A stretch of 31,318 bases of DNA from Pseudomonadota bacterium (GTDB lineage Bacteria > Bdellovibrionota_F > JAHFAK01 > JBDREC01). The translations under genes were made by a program, and so were the position numbers. Below, one piece after another: positions 28,907-31,318 of the stretch. Under the pieces are notes generated by a model. It was not told the origin of the DNA, did no database searches, and saw only the letters and a list, made by a program, of their open reading frames with translations. Location: positions 62,001 to 93,318 of the forward strand of contig JBDREC010000019.1 of NCBI GenBank assembly GCA_043820105.1, in the 5' to 3' direction. Numbering within the stretch: position 1 is the stretch's first letter; the number at the start of each line of letters is the position of its first letter.

Positions 28907-29903
28907 TTAATTATTTGATTTAAAATCAACATTTTTCCAAAGATTATGTTTTTTAATTCCGTAAATTTTATATACGAAAATGAACACCTCAGCAATTGTA
29001 ATAGCAATAACAATTGAATAAACATTAATAATATTGAAAAAATAAAACATTTCTTTTGTGTGCAATATAGGGGTAAAGAGTTCTGACAATTGGTTGATAT
29101 GAAGACTTAAGCATACCATATAATTTTTGAGAAATAGCAAAACACCCAAGCACATTTTCTTGAACAAAAAATCCAAGAACAAAAACACTACTGGAATTAA
29201 AGAAACTCACTGAAATTCTTGAAAGAAAGAATTGAAGACTGCCTTTAAAATAAAATATTAGCGTTGAATATTTAGGAAAATAAAACTTTATTTTGAACCT
29301 TTTAAATATTTCATAAAAAGCAACAAACAAAGCAACAAACTCTCCAATTGCACTTAGTAAAGGAATATAAACATAGTCACTTTCTTTTTTAATAAATATA
29401 AATATTAAAATCAAAAAAATTGTTTTCATTAAAATATTCAAGACTGTTATATACTTCATCTTTTCAAGGCCTTGAAAAAACCATGCCGGAAACAGAGACA
29501 GACCAACAATCATCAAAAAAGAATAGATATGAATAGTTTTCTCATCCCTAAATTTTGGTATTAAAAGTATAACAGTGATTAAAATTATAAAACTAGTAAG
29601 TGTTAAAATCAGCTTAATTACCATGACAGAGCTAAAAAGTTCAGATATTTTTTGTTTATTATCCCGATAAATTGACAAATCTTTTGTTGCAGATAAATCA
29701 AAGCCAAAATCTATCAAAATTTGAAAAAACATATTAAAGGACCAGGCAAAAGCCACAACTCCATATTTAGCACTTCCTATAACCTTAACTAAGTATGGCA
29801 AGGTAATCAAAGGAAACAAATAAGTTGCAACTTGCAGGGCAGAAAGAGATAAAAAGTTTTCAACAAGCCTTTTTTTATCTTTAGCAATTTTTTTTATTCT
29901 CAT
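28907..29903 (-). pseudogene. wzx: Wzx flippase, copy 2, with an internal deletion of about 93 codons and a frameshift
   Basis: ORF 29025..29903 aligns to copy 1 up to YPYIAHKRNVLF. The C-terminus (FNIINVYSIVIAITIAEVF...NLWK) lies in another frame immediately after ~29040. Confidence 0.88.
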
Positions 29904-30105
29904 CTTATAATAAAGCAGATAAATTTATAAATTAAAATCAAGCACTATGAACATTAATTTAATAATTATTCAACTTATTTTTTTAAATCAATTTCTTCAA
30001 ATAAAAAATACTTCAATGATTGATAAACCAGGTAAATATAACTTGAATTCGCTTAAACATTAATTTATGTTAGGTTATTTAATATTTCATTTAGGATAAA
30101 AAATA

Positions 30106-30567
30106 ATGAACAAAACAATCATAATTCTACTTGTTTTTTTAATTCTCACTTTACTTTATAGCGCTTGCCTTGACAATAATAACGATCTTGATGCTATTAA
30201 TAGCATGAAAAATGATTGGATTGAATTAAACATCAATGATTACAACTATAAGTATACAACAACCGGATTATTACCATTTAGCAGCTATGAAGTAACTATC
30301 ACCAACTATAGCGTCTCAAAAGTTTGTATTTATGCAAGCAGCACAAGCACAACTTGCACCGAATCTACAGATTCTAGCACCCTAAGCTCATATAAGACTA
30401 TCGATGAATTGTTTACAAGTTTTTCAACTGAAATTAATGACAATTCTGAATGTGATATTACAATAGACTATAATGATACTTACTTTTTCATAAGCTCCTT
30501 ATATTTTTCATGTGATGAAGAAGGTTGGGGGTATACTATTAGCGATTTTGAAACCCTAGCTGATTAG
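30106..30567 (+). CDS. Small lipoprotein, DUF6174-like
   Basis: Signal peptide ending LYSAC. Patterns W...I.DY.Y.Y, KTIDELF and IDY..TY. AGGA RBS. Confidence 0.65.
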   Translation: MNKTIIILLVFLILTLLYSACLDNNNDLDAINSMKNDWIELNINDYNYKYTTTGLLPFSSYEVTITNYSVSKVCIYASSTSTTCTESTDSSTLSSYKTIDELFTSFSTEINDNSECDITIDYNDTYFFISSLYFSCDEEGWGYTISDFETLAD

Positions 30568-30577
30568 TTTTTTTTAA

Positions 30578-31166
30578 TTAGTTCCCATCCCGAAATTCAC
30601 CTTTCAGGACAGAGCAGAAATTAATTTTCTAAAAAAAGCAGGGTCAATTAATTTTTTATCGTTGAGTCAAACAAGGATTGCCTGAGATGGCATATTTTCA
30701 ACCAAAACAAGCAAGGCTAGCCCTTTATTACCAACATTTTTGCAAAAGTATTAAACATTTATTTTCTTTAGTTGATCAGATACCTTGCCATTATCAGTAA
30801 ATTAGCTGAGATTACTGACGACCATGCAAAGCTTTTGAATGATTCAAATCCATGCCAGTTGCATCTATCAAAACAAAAACATCTTTTTAGAAATGATATG
30901 ATACCTTCTATTCCTGCACGAAAATCACGTAATCGTTTATATGCCCAGGTACTCTTTGCCATATCTGTAATTTTTATGCCACGCTTTTTGCTAAACATAA
31001 TATCAGAAACACCTAGGGCTTTTCCTCCCTCAATATTGCGGTTTTCCGCAATATTCGATTTTTTTGGAATAATATTTTGAGGATAAAAAAGCCCTAATTA
31101 TTTTTCAAGAATATTGTATTTTATGCTTGATAATTCTGCGATTCAGATTTTTGGGATGGGAACTAA
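30578..31166 (-). mobile_element. Internally deleted insertion sequence (~590 bp, ISNCY/ISDol1-like) with both terminal inverted repeats
   Basis: TTAATTAGTTCCCATCCC at 30574-30591 is perfectly inverted at 31153-31170. The flanks are palindromic AT sequence (TTAA, AATT or TAATTA duplication; exact ends ambiguous). Contains a transposase 3' end. Confidence 0.85.
30768..31037 (-). pseudogene. DDE transposase C-terminal fragment
   Basis: NIEGGKALGVSDIMFSKKRG...YKRLRDFRAGIEGIISFLKRCF...RCNWHG...SANL. The ATG at 30998 appears to be an internal Met. Confidence 0.85.
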
Positions 31167-31318
31167 TTAATTACAAGCTGCCAACCTTATGAAACTGACT
31201 ATTTCTGTACCGAAAATAAGCCATATTCAAGTTACATAGTTGATTTCTAGGCTTTTGAGCCTTTAAGACAAACAGATTTAAACATGATTAGGAAAAACAT
31301 TATGCATCGTGTGTTATT

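Noticed and set aside
28907..29188. 93-aa ORF as a separate gene
   Set aside because: Its last ~44 residues are the frameshifted C-terminus of wzx copy 2.
813..31080. Other short ORFs (813, 1725, 2792, 8453, 11307, 11736, 16151, 17604, 19149, 22775, 27312, 30772)
   Set aside because: Shadow ORFs overlapping well-supported genes, with no motifs.
31171..31318. Coding sequence at the right edge
   Set aside because: Only short frames with no recognisable motif; cannot be judged without flanking sequence.

Overview
Very AT-rich window, probably from a diderm bacterium (it encodes a Wzi-type outer-membrane protein and lipoproteins; no taxon can be assigned from sequence alone). Most of it is a surface-glycan locus with mixed gene orientation and many duplications. 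It carries dTDP-rhamnose genes (rmlA-rmlC converging on rmlB-rmlD, plus a second rmlB), an RfbN-like rhamnosyltransferase, Wzz, two Wzy_C/O-antigen-ligase proteins, two wzx copies (one internally deleted), two Bcs1-like CDP-ribitol synthesis fusion genes, three TagF/TagB-family polyol-phosphate transferases, a LicC-like cytidylyltransferase paired with a GpsA-like dehydrogenase, and a GT4 / LPG-synthase-TM / Wzi operon at the left end. Interspersed accessory material is mostly damaged: a HEPN-MNT pair whose HEPN gene has an in-frame stop, a 5'-truncated AbiEii toxin fused to a four-helix-bundle gene whose pieces lie on opposite strands, an intact AAA_14/DUF4143 ATPase, a GTAG-type REP doublet, short tandem repeats, and a ~590 bp internally deleted IS. 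The best leads are (i) a possible teichoic-acid-like, Wzx/Wzy-built polymer in a diderm, (ii) a lipoprotein with a GDGDGD-punctuated tail behind a perfect consensus promoter, and (iii) the rearranged four-helix-bundle/AbiEii junction. All family calls come from motif recognition by eye; no searches were run. No rRNA, tRNA or CRISPR array was seen.
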